DNA of 64,000 bases from Rebecca billardiae RCC1528. Lineage: Eukaryota; Protista; Haptophyta. The notes under the pieces were generated by a model. That model worked only from the letters and a program-made list of their open reading frames with translations, had not been told where the DNA came from and did no database searches. Each line of letters opens with the position of its first letter. The stretch's first letter is position 1. The translations under genes and the position numbers were made by a program. The DNA is taken from assembly GCA_965240325.2 (NCBI GenBank), contig OZ251224.1, positions 930,001 to 994,000 on the forward strand, in the 5' to 3' direction. This document shows, one piece after another, positions 13,626 through 24,525 of this stretch.

Positions 13626-16068
13626 GGTGCGCGCCGCCAGCTCCAAAGTGGCTGTAGCCGTGCGCGCCGCCCGCGTGCGGCGGCGGCTGCGGCGGCGGCT
13701 GCTGCGCGCGCGCGCGCTCGCGCTCGCGCGTCAGCCTCGCCAGCGCCTCCTGCGCCGCCGCGCGCACGTCCGCGCCGCCGTGCGCGACCGCGTGCTCGAG
13801 GTCTGCGCGCGCGGGCGCGAACTGCCGCCTGTCGAGCAGCAGCTCGCCTCGGCGCAAAAAGGCCTTGGCGTAGCGCCGGTCGCGGCGCAGCGCGTCGTGC
13901 AGGTCGTTGAGCGCGCGGTCGTCCAGCCCCGCCTTGCGGCACGCCGCCGCGCGGTTCGTCAGCAGCAGCGCGCACGCCCTCGCGTGCGCGCCGTCCACCT
14001 TGAGCGCGTCCGTGTAGGCAGCGATGGCGCTCGCCCACTGCGCCGAGCGGTACGCCTCGTTGCCGCGCTCGCGCAGCGCGTGCAGCCGACCGACGCGGTG
14101 GAGGAGCTCGCGCGCCGCGTCGGGGCTGAGCACGCCCTGCAGCCCGTCGTCCCCGCGCTCCGCCGCCGCCGGGATCGCGGGCACCCTGCGCAGCACCTCG
14201 ATGGCCGCCCCGAGCTGCAGGTCGCCGTACAGAACGCGCGCCTGCGCCACCAGCCAGCCAGCGCGCTCGGCCGGCTCGGCCGCCTTGGCGGCGCACTCGG
14301 CGGCGAGCTCGATGGCGGCGCGCACGTCGCCCGCGCGCGCGAGCGCGTCGCACTTCGCCGCGCGCAGCCGCACCGAGTGCGGGCAGATCGCGATCGCGCG
14401 CTCAAAGTCGAGCACCGCGCACGAGGCGCGCTCGGCCTTGACGAGCCGGCCGGCCGCGTCCGACGCCGCCTCCGCCTCGTCCGCCTGCCTCAGGCCCGCG
14501 CGCGCGCGCTCGGCGTTCTCCGAGCCGGACATCCAGCGCAGGCGCTCGTACAGCCTGCGCGCCGCGACGAGCTCGCCCGAGAGCAGCTCCACCTGCGCGG
14601 CGCGCGCGACCGCCTTGGCGTACGTCGGCTCGAGCCTGAGCGACTCGGTGCAGGCCGCGCGCGCCTCGCGCACGCGCCCGAGCTTGATGAGCGCGGCCGC
14701 CCGGTTGCAGTGCAGCTGCGCGGAGTGGGGCATGTACCGCAGCGCGCGCTCGTACTCGCGCAGCGCGCCGCCAAAGTCGGACGCGCCGTACCGCTCGTTC
14801 CCGCGCCGCTGGTGGTCCTCCGCGCGCGCGCGCTCTGTCGCCGCCGCCCCCGGCTCCGCGCCGCTGCCGCCGCCGCCGCTGCCGCCGCCGCCGCCCGCCG
14901 CCGCGCTCGCAGTCCCGTTGTTGGACGCGCGCGTAATGTCCTGCATCGGCGGCATGGATGGCGGCGGCACGCGCGCCGAGGCGGCGCCAGCGCCGGCACC
15001 CTTCCCTGGCGGCACGGCCGCCTCGCCCGCTGCCGGCTCGTTGTCGCGCTCACTCGCATCGTCCGCCGCGCCCGCGGCCGCGCCCGAAGTGCGCGCGTGC
15101 GGCCGTCTCCGCTCTCGGTTGCGCCCGCTGTGCCGGCGCCGCTCCTTCTCCGACGCATCGGGCGCGCCGGGGTGGAAGTGCGGCTCCGCGTCGACGCCGA
15201 GCGTGGTCCCCGCCCCCACGGGCCTGGGCGCCGGCGGCACCTCCGCCGCCGCCGCCGCCTTGGACGCCGCCGCCTCGGCGTGCAGCGCCGCCGAGCGCAC
15301 GGCCATCCGCTCGAGCTCGTGCTGGATGGTGGCGACGCTCACGTGCGGCGCGGCCTTGTCGGCGCGCGCGCGCGGGTTCGGCGCGGCGTCGGGCTGCGCG
15401 GCGGCGAGCGGCACCCACGCGCGCTGCGCGGCCGCCGCCGGCGCGCTCGGGCTCTTGAGCCCGCCCGCGCGGCCGCCCCTGCCAGTCGCTCGCGCAGCGG
15501 GGGAGGTCTTGCTGCCCGCCGCCGGCGCGTCGGCGCCGATGGTGAAGAGGGGGGCGCCCGCTGCCGGGTGGCCCGCGGCCGGGCCTGAGGGGGGCTGGAT
15601 CGCGTGTGGCGCGGGGGACGGGGGCGGCGGGGCCATGTCCACGTCCATGGTGTTCGCAGCACCCGCGGTGGTCTGCGCTTGTTCGGCCGCGCCCTGTGCT
15701 GCGTCGCGATCAGGCGGCGCGCCCAGGCCAAAGGGCGCCGCTCCAGCCGCAGAGCTCGCGCTCGGCTGTGACGCTCCAAAGTCGGCCTTTTGCGTCGCCC
15801 CGATGGGCGCCGCGCCTGCGCTCGCGTCCTTGGGCTTGAGCGGCGAGCGCTTGGCCGTCGCGGGCGTGCGATTCCGACCCGACTTGCCGCGCTGGGGCTT
15901 GAGGCCTCGGACGTCGCCCTCGTCGTCGCGCCCAGGGGTGAAGAGTGGTCCGTTTGCTGGCAGTGCTGCCTCGAGCGTCGGCGGGTGCCCCCCCGCCGCC
16001 GCGGTGCTGGGCTGCCCGTCGCCGCGCTGCATTCCGCCGCCGCTCGCCTGCGCCGCGGCTGCTGCCAT
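13164..16068 (-). CDS. TPR-repeat + J-domain co-chaperone (DNAJC7/TPR2-like) with long disordered N-terminus; exons 16068-13422 and 13315-13164
   Basis: TPRs ('RGNERYGASDFGGALREYERAL', 'RGNEAYRSAQWASAIAAYTDAL'); J domain 'HYASLGV...EIKKAYRKLALKHHP'. Intron 13316-13421 restores the HPD motif. Confidence 0.9.
13586..13624. repeat. (CTG/CAG)n encoding a polyQ tract in the J-domain protein
   Basis: About 12-13 consecutive CTG on the + strand. Confidence 0.9.
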
Positions 16069-16477
16069 TTCAGTGCGGGCGGTTCAAAAAAAAAGGACGA
16101 CGTTCGTCAAACTGGGCGTTTCGCTGGAAATATCGACCGCAAGCGCGCCTTTTTCAGTTTTTGGCGCGCCTGTCTGGTGTTTGTTTTTTCGGCCGCGGGC
16201 CTGTTCGGCTGCCAGCCTCCCACGGCCACCGCGTCCTGCGTCGTCGTTGCTGTTGCAGCTCGCTGCGGGCCGGCGCCCGCCCGGCGGGGCCCGCAAACTG
16301 TTCGGGCGCCGCCGACATTGCATGATCAAGGCGACGTTGTTGGTGGCACCACCGGCACTGGCCACCCCAGACCGAATTGTTCAACTCAGGCGTCAATCGT
16401 GACACGTATGCATACGTGTGTGGAGTTCACGATCAGCGCTCACCGTCGATGCAGTGCGCGGCTCAGCCTCAGGGCAG

Positions 16478-17434
16478 TCAGGCACGCTTGCCGAGAGTGA
16501 ACAGCGACACGCCCGCGAATTCGACTGTCTCATCGAGGAAGTCGGCGCCGCTCCCGACCTTCACGACGCCGGTGCGCAGCGATGACACGTCGAGCGCCTC
16601 GCGCTTCGCGACCATCTGCGGCTCGGCGAACGCCTTGAGCGTGTGCGTGTCGGCAAACAGCGCCGTGCAGCGCGTGCCGGCGATCACCTCGAGCGTGACC
16701 GCCGCGCGCTGCTCGGGCACGCCGCAGCCTCGCAGCCCGCCAACGGCAGGGAGCACGATCGCCGCGCCCGAGGCGAGAGCGGCGCCGCAGGCCGAGCCGA
16801 TCCCGAACGCGTGAGAGAGCGTGATGGCCACGGCGACCCGATCATCGGGTGTGAGTGCCAGCTGCGACGCCGCGGCCTGGCCCAAGGCAAGCGCCTGCGT
16901 GTGCGTGAGGGGCGTCGCCGAGTTGAAGTACGCGTGCGGCAGCTCCTCGCCGGCATGCGCGCCCAGCGAGTCCGGCAAGGCGGTCGGCTGCGCGCCGGCA
17001 CTGCCGCGACCGCCGATCTCCGCGAAGAGATTGTCCGCCAGCAGTGCCGGCAGCGAGAGCTCGACCGAGGCAAGCCACGAGCCTTTGCTCGCAGCGACGC
17101 AGCCGCGCACCGCGCTGTTCTGGCTCGTGAGCTTCGTGGCGAGGCTTTCAAGCGCGGCCGCGTCCTTTGCCGTGGCTACGGCCGAGCCCGTGCGGGCGAG
17201 CGCCAGCTGCAGCATCAGATTCTCCGCAGTGTTGGGCAGATCCATGGCGACGACCTCGCGAGAGCCAGCACGCAGGCCCCACTGCTCAAGCGCGGACGCC
17301 ACCACGCTGGTCGCGCGGTTCACCTCACCGTACGTCATGGACACGCCCTGCTGCGGCGCGAGCAGGCAAGGCGCCGACGGGGCACGGACGGCGACGGCCT
17401 CGAGCGCATGCGCGATCGTGCGCGGAATCGACAT
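16478..17434 (-). CDS. Truncated/degenerate AMP-binding (ANL family) protein, 318 aa
   Basis: 'SMTYGEVNRATSVVASAL', 'DLPNTAENLMLQLALARTG', 'LTPDDRVAVAITLSHAFG', 'DVSSLRTGVV'. The YTSGTTGxPKG loop and C-terminal domain are absent. Confidence 0.75.
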   Translation of the reverse strand: MSIPRTIAHALEAVAVRAPSAPCLLAPQQGVSMTYGEVNRATSVVASALEQWGLRAGSREVVAMDLPNTAENLMLQLALARTGSAVATAKDAAALESLATKLTSQNSAVRGCVAASKGSWLASVELSLPALLADNLFAEIGGRGSAGAQPTALPDSLGAHAGEELPHAYFNSATPLTHTQALALGQAAASQLALTPDDRVAVAITLSHAFGIGSACGAALASGAAIVLPAVGGLRGCGVPEQRAAVTLEVIAGTRCTALFADTHTLKAFAEPQMVAKREALDVSSLRTGVVKVGSGADFLDETVEFAGVSLFTLGKRA

Positions 17435-17581
17435 GGACGAGCAAGACGAGGCGAGGAGCCACCTCGTGAGCGCGGACGTGTGCGCGCCCACTCTCCACTC
17501 TGATCCGGAAGAAAGCCGAGAGAGCCGACGGAGAGGTCCGGTTTGCGGCTTTTCTCGCCGTGTTGGGCGCGACTTTCCAGC

Positions 17582-18553
17582 ATGGGGCCCGCCGGCGCGG
17601 CGCTGCCGGACGAGGAGGCACGATGTCGGATCTGCTTCGAAGGGGGCGAGGACGAGGCGAACGCCCTCGTCGCGCCTTGCCAATGCCGCGGCTCGCAGCG
17701 CCTGGTGCACCTCCGCTGCCTGGAGCGCTGCCTCGTTGCTGAGCTGGCGCGCGCGCGCTCGGAGAGCGCCCCTCTCCAATGCAGCGTCTGTCTAAGCGCA
17801 TTCGCCTACCAGCTGCACACGCCGCCACCGCCGCTGGTGCGCCGGGGCTCGCTGCTCGTGGCTGCGCGCTCGCTCACGGGCTCGTTTGAGCGTAGCGTGA
17901 TTTTGATGACCGAAACAGAGCAGCGCCACCTCGGCCTGGTGCTGACAAAGCCATGCGGTCGCTTCGACGGGTTGCACAGCATCGAGACGCCAACGGCGTG
18001 CTTTCGCGGCGGCCCGGTGTGCGGCGGCCGATTCGGCGTGACAAATTACATCCTTTTGCGGTGCTCGACGGAGCCAGCAGACGAGTTCTCCGTGGAGCTG
18101 CTGCGCACCCCAGGGCACGAGTCGCTGCTGATGGGCCCCAGCTGGGCGCCAGTGGATCGCGCTCACCTCACGCGCGAAGCACGGGCCCACGCACTCGCAC
18201 CTGGCGCAAATCAGGTGCTCTGCTTCCGCGGATACTGCGCCTGGGGCGCCCAGCAACTGGGGAACGAGCTTGCCCGTGGGATGTGGGGCGTCGTCGACTG
18301 TGCGGAGATGAGCGACATTCTGATTGCAGCTAGAGAGCGTGGGGCCGAGGCGGCAGAGGATGCGCTGCCAGGCGACGAGTCCCCGCCGCAGTGCAGCCTC
18401 TGGGACACCTTCGAGGCCGAGGCTGCAGAGCGAGTCGTGTGGCCTGCAAAGCCTGCTATGGTGCAGATACTCGCTTCGTCAGCGGCAGGGCTTGGCGGGG
18501 CGCCTGCCTGCGACGATGATGACGGACGACCGAGTGCTGATGAGTGCTGCTAA
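17582..18553 (+). CDS. RING-CH (RINGv) zinc finger fused to DUF179/AlgH (UPF0301) domain
   Basis: 'CRICFE...PCQCRGSQRLVHLRCL...CSVC', then 'GSLLVA...FERSVIL...GLVLTKP...GGPV...FRGYCAWGAQQLGNEL..GMW'. Confidence 0.82.
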   Translation: MGPAGAALPDEEARCRICFEGGEDEANALVAPCQCRGSQRLVHLRCLERCLVAELARARSESAPLQCSVCLSAFAYQLHTPPPPLVRRGSLLVAARSLTGSFERSVILMTETEQRHLGLVLTKPCGRFDGLHSIETPTACFRGGPVCGGRFGVTNYILLRCSTEPADEFSVELLRTPGHESLLMGPSWAPVDRAHLTREARAHALAPGANQVLCFRGYCAWGAQQLGNELARGMWGVVDCAEMSDILIAARERGAEAAEDALPGDESPPQCSLWDTFEAEAAERVVWPAKPAMVQILASSAAGLGGAPACDDDDGRPSADECC

Positions 18554-20142
18554 TTTATGACCCCGACGCCCGCGGGCCGCCGCTGCACCTGGCCACGCCC
18601 ACGGCAGCCCGTGGGGCCCGCCCGTCCGTGAGCCCCCGGGCAGACTGTACCGCCTACTAGTTAGTACCTAGGTAGCCGCCGCCTAGCAGTACGGTACAGG
18701 CAATAATCGCAGGCGCGCAATAAGAAGTCGAGTCAGCAGAGATCTCACGGCTAGTCTCCGGTTTCTTATATTAGCCGTTCGGTAGCCCGAGCGCCTACGG
18801 AGTCTCAGTTTCTTAGCAGCTAGGTCCGCCCGCCGCGCAGGCGCAGGGGGCGCAGGGGGGCAGACTCACCGAGCCCGCCGCTGAGTCTTTGTAGAGGTTG
18901 AGGACTTGTGCCAAATACAGCATTCACAATTGGCCCGATAGCAAGCATTCTACTATGTAAACTTATTAGACGGGTAATCCTGCCCCTCGCGCCACGCTGC
19001 TGCAACTCGAGCCAGGTCACTACTGTGCTGGGAAATATCCGATATCGCAACAATAACTTATTGCAGCAAATAAATACACTATTTATTATATTTAAATACA
19101 AATACCGCAAAAAACATTCCAGATGAAATCGGAAGTATCCTCACGAACGACGTGTACATTTCGGATTTCCGTATTGATTTCCTTAATCGCGCAAGTATGC
19201 ATTGTTGATTTGTCAGCTCCGCGGCCCCAAGGCTTGCTTGCGCGCGCTTTGGCCGCCGCCGCCGGCCGCCATTCACGCCTTATTAACCAAGTGTGCACGT
19301 TTAAACATAGTAAACTGTACTCATTCTATGATTTAACGACACAGGTAGGACGACGCGGGTCTCCTGATTCGTCGGCGGCAGTGTCCGATCGTCGACACGA
19401 AGTCGGTGTCTTCCAAGTTACACGGTGGAGTGGTTTTCAGGTTTCCAAAGGCACCTGGGTGTGCACCAGTCGTTCCGGACTGGGCAAACAAACAACGACC
19501 TGAATCCGTCGACCACGATGTCGACGACCATCTCCGCGCCCGCACCAGGGCAGCGCCACCAGCCGAAGACCCTCAAGAATTCGATCCTAGCCGCGACCAT
19601 GCGCGTCACAAAGCCAACCTGCTCCCCGCTGCTTGCGTTCGGGGGCGCGGCCGCCGAGACTGAGTACTCGCGGCTGCTCGTCGAGCTCACAAACTCCTGT
19701 GCACCGCGAGGATGATGGCGTCGCGCCTTGCCCCCGCCCCGCTGTTGACCGCCCCGCCGAGGGCCGCAACTGCATGGGCAATTTAATCGCTGACGGCTGA
19801 TAGCTTGGCTTATAAGTAGCTGCAGACACCCATGTACGTCGCGGTGGTTGTCTGGGCCGCGCTGGCTACGACCTCGTCGTCGGCAAGCGCTCCTCGAGCA
19901 TCTTGGAAGTACTACATGGCCACGTTTTACTCGATGGCTCCCGCGCGGTCGTCGTGCGGAGCGAATCGCTTCGTCTCGCGCTTGCGTCGGCACTTGCGAT
20001 CCAGAGCGAATCGCGCCAACGTGCTTGGCGCGCGGCGATCGACGCCGAGGTGCTACGACACATCACGATCGCGCGCGCACATGCAGCGCGGAGCTGTTCC
20101 AGACCTCAAAGCCAAGATGTTACGGCGAACAGGTCACCCCTG

Positions 20143-20225
20143 CGCTCCTTGGTGCTACCGCTCCTGGGTGCTACCGCTCCTTGGTGCTACCGCTCCTGGG
20201 TGCTACCGCTCCTTGGTGCTACCGC
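20143..20225. repeat. 16-bp minisatellite, 5 copies alternating T/G
   Basis: GCTCCT(T/G)GGTGCTACC repeated five times. Confidence 0.9.
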
Positions 20226-20257
20226 CCCAGGACAGAATTAAAAATGGGCGGGGGGGT

Positions 20258-20280
20258 GTGGGGGGGCGCAGCCCCCCCAC
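20258..20280. other. Perfect GC hairpin GTGGGGGGGC-GCA-GCCCCCCCAC
   Basis: 10-bp stem with 3-nt loop, lying between the minisatellite and the 109-bp array. Confidence 0.7.
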
Positions 20281-20470
20281 AATGAGTCGATCGGAGGGCG
20301 TTTGCAGATAGGAGCGCGGAGTAGCTGGCTTCCGCTCGGAGCAAGATGGCTGAAAGCCTTTAACTGGCTGCTTGAGCCGATACGACGAGCCGATCAGCAG
20401 CACTGGCGCGGGCTGGGACAAGTGCCCAGCTGTATATCCCAGCTAGATGTATCCTCATCACTGAAACCGC

Positions 20471-23295
20471 GTAACCTGTGCCTGGGTGCCAAAGCTGAGA
20501 CGATGATGAGCTGAGCAGCAGCAGTCTTGCGGGCTGGGGCACGTGCCCAGGGGTGGGTACCCGATGCCCTCAAAACCACGTAACCTGTGCCTGGGTGCCA
20601 AAGCTGAGACGATGATGAGCCGAGCAGCAGCAGTCGCGCGGGCGACGGTCGCGCGTGCCTAGGGGTTGATACCCGATGCCCTCAAAACCATGTAACCTGT
20701 GCCTGGGTGCCAAAGCTGAGACGATGATGAGCTGAGCAGCAGCAGTCGCGCGGGCTGGGGCACGTGCCCAGGGGTGGATACCCGATGCCCTCAAAACCGC
20801 CACGTAACCTGTGCCTGGGTGCCAAAGCTGAGACGATGATGAGCTGAGCAGCAGCAGTCTTGCGGGCTGGGGCACGTGCCCAGGGGTGGGTACCCGATGC
20901 CCTCAAAACCACGTAACCTGTGCCTGGGTGCCAAAGCTGAGACGATGATGAGCCGAGCAGCAGCAGTCGCGCGGGCGACGGTCGCGCGTGCCTAGGGGTT
21001 GATACCCGATGCCCTCAAAACCGCCACGTAACCTGTGCCTGGGTGCCAAAGCTGAGACGATGATGAGCTGAGCAGCAGCAGTCTTGCGGGCTGGGGCACG
21101 TGCCCAGGGGTGGGTACCCGATGCCCTCAAAACCACGTAACCTGTGCCTGGGTGCCAAAGCTGAGACGATGATGAGCTGAGCAGCAGCAGTCGCGCGGGC
21201 TGGGGCACGTGCCCAGGGGTGGATACCCGATGCCCTCAAAACCGCCACGTAACCTGTGCCTGGGTGCCAAAGCTGAGACGATGATGAGCTGAGCAGCAGC
21301 AGTCTTGCGGGCTGGGGCACGTGCCCAGGGGTGGGTACCCGATGCCCTCAAAACCACGTAACCTGTGCCTGGGTGCCAAAGCTGAGACGATGATGAGCTG
21401 AGCAGCAGCAGTCGCGCGGGCTGGGGCACGTGCCCAGGGGTGGATACCCGATGCCCTCAAAACCGCCACGTAACCTGTGCCTGGGTGCCAAAGCTGAGAC
21501 GATGATGAGCTGAGCAGCAGCAGTCGCGCGGGCTGGGGCACGTGCCCAGGGGTGGATACCCGATGCCCTCAAAACCATGTAACCTGTGCCTGGGTGCCAA
21601 AGCTGAGACGATGATGAGCGGAGCAGCAGCAGTCGCGCGGGCTGGGGCACGTGCCCAGGGGTGGATACCCGATGCCCTCAAAACCACGTAACCTGTGCCT
21701 GGGTGCCAAAGCTGAGACGATGATGAGCTGAGCAGCAGCAGTCTTGCGGGCTGGGGCACGTGCCCAGGGGTGGGTACCCGATGCCCTCAAAACCACGTAA
21801 CCTGTGCCTGGGTGCCAAAGCTGAGACGATGATGAGCCGAGCAGCAGCAGTCGCGCGGGCTGGGGCACGTGCCCAGGGGTGGATACCCGATGCCCTCAAA
21901 ACCACGTAACCTGTGCCTGGGTGCCAAAGCTGAGACGATGATGAGCCGAGCAGCAGCAGTCGCGCGGGCTGGGGCACGTGCCCAGGGGTGGATACCCGAT
22001 GCCCTCAAAACCACGTAACCTGTGCCTGGGTGCCAAAGCTGAGACGATGATGAGCCGAGCAGCGGCAGTCGCGCGGGCGGCGGTCGCGCGTGCCCAGGGG
22101 TGGATACCCGATGCCCTCAAAACCACGTAACCTGTGCCTGGGTGCCAAAGCTGAGACGATGATGAGCCGAGCAGCAGCAGTCGCGCGGGCTGGGTCACGT
22201 GCCCAGGGGTGGATACCCGATGCCCTCAAAACCACGTAACCTGTGCCTGGGTGCCAAAGCTGAGACGATGATGAGCCGAGCAGCAGCAGTCGCGCGGGCT
22301 GGGGCACATGCCCAGGGGTGGATACCCGATGCCCTCAAAACCACGTAACCTGTGCCTGGGTGCCAAAGCTGAGACGATGATGAGCCGAGCAGCAGCAGTC
22401 GCGCGGGCTGGGGCACGTGCCCAGGGGTGGATACCCGATGCCCTCAAAACCACGTAACCTGTGCCTGGGTGCCAAAGCTGAGACGATGATGAGCCGAGCA
22501 GCGGCAGTCGCGCGGGCGGCGGTCGCGCGTGCCCAGGGGTGGATACCCGATGCCCTCAAAACCACGTAACCTGTGCCTGGGTGCCAAAGCTGAGACGATG
22601 ATGAGCCGAGCAGCAGCAGTCGCGCGGGCTGGGTCACGTGCCCAGGGGTGGATACCCGATGCCCTCAAAACCACGTAACCTGTGCCTGGGTGCCAAAGCT
22701 GAGACGATGATGAGCGGAGCAGCAGCAGTCGCGCGGGCGGCGGTCGCGCGTGCCCAGGGGTGGATACCCGATGCCCTCAAAACCATGTAACCTGTGCCTG
22801 GGTGCCAAAGCTGAGACGATGATGAGCCGAGCAGCAGCAGTCGCGCGGGCGGCGGTCGCGCGTGCCCAGGGGTGGATACCCGATGCCCTCAAAACCATGT
22901 AACCTGTGCCTGGGTGCCAAAGCTGAGACGATGATGAGCCGAGCAGCAGCAGTCGCGCGGGCTGGGTCACGTGCCCAGGGGTGGATACCCGATGCCCTCA
23001 AAACCACGTAACCTGTGCCTGGGTGCCAAAGCTGAGACGATGATGAACCGAGCAGCAGCAGTCGCGCGGGCCGGGGCACGTGCCCAGGGGTGGATACCCG
23101 ATGCCCTCAAAACCATGTAACCTGTGCCTGGGTGCCAAAGCTGAGACGATGATGAGCTGAGCAGCAGCAGTCTTGCGGGCTGGGGCACGTGCCCAGGGGT
23201 GGATACCCGATGCCCTCAAAACCACGTAACCTGTGCCTGGGTGCCAAAGCTGAGACGATGATGAGCCGAGCAGCAGGCAGCAGTCGCGCGGACTG
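20471..23295. repeat. Tandem satellite of 109/112/115-bp units, 25 full copies plus a partial (degenerate partial also upstream, ~20370-20470)
   Basis: GTAACCTGTGCC starts at 20471, 20580, 20692, 20804 ... 23117, 23226. Confidence 0.97.
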
Positions 23296-23479
23296 GCGCG
23301 CTTGCAGATTAGGCGGTGCAAATTCTTACAGCCTGCGCCGCTAAGTCGTATGGAAATTTTCAAGTGAGCATCAATGGAGTTGTTGTCATCGCGCATAGAT
23401 TCATCACGCCGGAAAAAAAAACTGATGTGCACCGCTGTCTGTTCAAAATAAAGTCGCACGGAAAAGGAGCGCGAGCAAA

Positions 23480-24525
23480 CGCGCTGAAAACATTCGCTCC
23501 TGCTTTCTATCCGTGCTGAAAACTGAGCGGATGCGCATCCTTATAGCTCAAGTTTCGGCCGAAAATATCGGCACACTGCTGTCAGTCCAAAAGTCGCTCG
23601 GAAAGGAGCGGGAGCATACATGGCTGGAAAGCTCCGCTGAAAACATTCGCTCCCTTTCTGCCTGCTTCAAATCAGTGCTGAAAAACTGAGCGGATGCATC
23701 CTTAGCTCAAGTTTCGGCCGAAAATATCGGCACACTGCTGTCAGTCCAAAAGTCGCTCGGAAAGGAGCGGGAGCATACATGGCTGGAAAGCTCCGCTGAA
23801 AACATTCGCTCCCTTTCTGCCTGCTTCAAATCAGTGCTGAAAAACTGAGCGGATGCATCCTTAGCTCAAGTTTCGGCCGAAAATATCGGCACACTGCTGT
23901 CAGTCCAAAAGTCGCTCGAAAAAGGAGCGGGAGCATACATGGCTGGAAAGCTCCGCTGAAAACATTCGCTCCCTTTCTGCCTGCTTCAGATCTGTGCTGA
24001 AAAACTGAGCGGATGCATCCTTAGCTCAAATTCCGGCCGAAAATATCGGCACACTGCGGTCAGTCCAAAAGTCGCTCGAAAAAGGAGCGGGAGCATTCAT
24101 GGCTGGAAAGCTCCGCCGAAGAAATTCGCTCCCTTTCTGCCTGCTTCAAATCCGTGCTGAAAAACTGAGCGGATGCATCCTTAGCTCAAGTTTCGGCCGA
24201 AAATATCGGCACACTGCTGTCAGTCCAAAAGTCGCTCGAAAAAGGAGCGGGAGCATTCATGGCTGGAAAGCTCCGCTGAAAACATTCGCTCCCTTTCTGC
24301 CTGCTTCAGATCTGTGCTGAAAACTGAGCGGATGCACCCTTAGCTCAAATTCCGGCCGAAAATATCGGCACACTGCGGTCAGTCCAAAAGTCGCTCGAAA
24401 AAGGAGCGGGAGCATTCGTGGCTGGACAGCTCCGCCGAAAACATTCGCTCCCTTTCTGCCTGCTTCAAATCCGTGCTAAAACTGAGCGGGTGCATCCCCG
24501 GCTCATATCCCGCCGAAAATATCTG
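23480..24525. repeat. Tandem satellite of ~160-bp units, ~6.5 copies
   Basis: AACTGAGCGG at 23521, 23684, 23843, 24003, 24163, 24322, 24480. Confidence 0.95.

Noticed and set aside
19330-20140. Transposase remnant inside the 6.3-kb element
   Set aside because: Only short ORFs, with no DDE, zinc-finger or HUH motif recognised; left as unidentified cargo.
20471-23295. CRISPR- or TIGR-like array
   Set aside because: Units are near-identical along their whole length with no unique spacers, no cas or Nop-domain gene is nearby, and the context is eukaryotic.
20360-23459. Many ~100-aa minus-strand ORFs (MPQPARLLLL...)
   Set aside because: Artefact of the 109-bp period (1 mod 3): each reading cycles through the frames and hits the same TGA every third unit.
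20471-24525. Hammerhead ribozyme or retrozyme repeats
   Set aside because: No CUGANGA...GAAA...UH core with compatible stems was found by eye. An Infernal scan would settle it.
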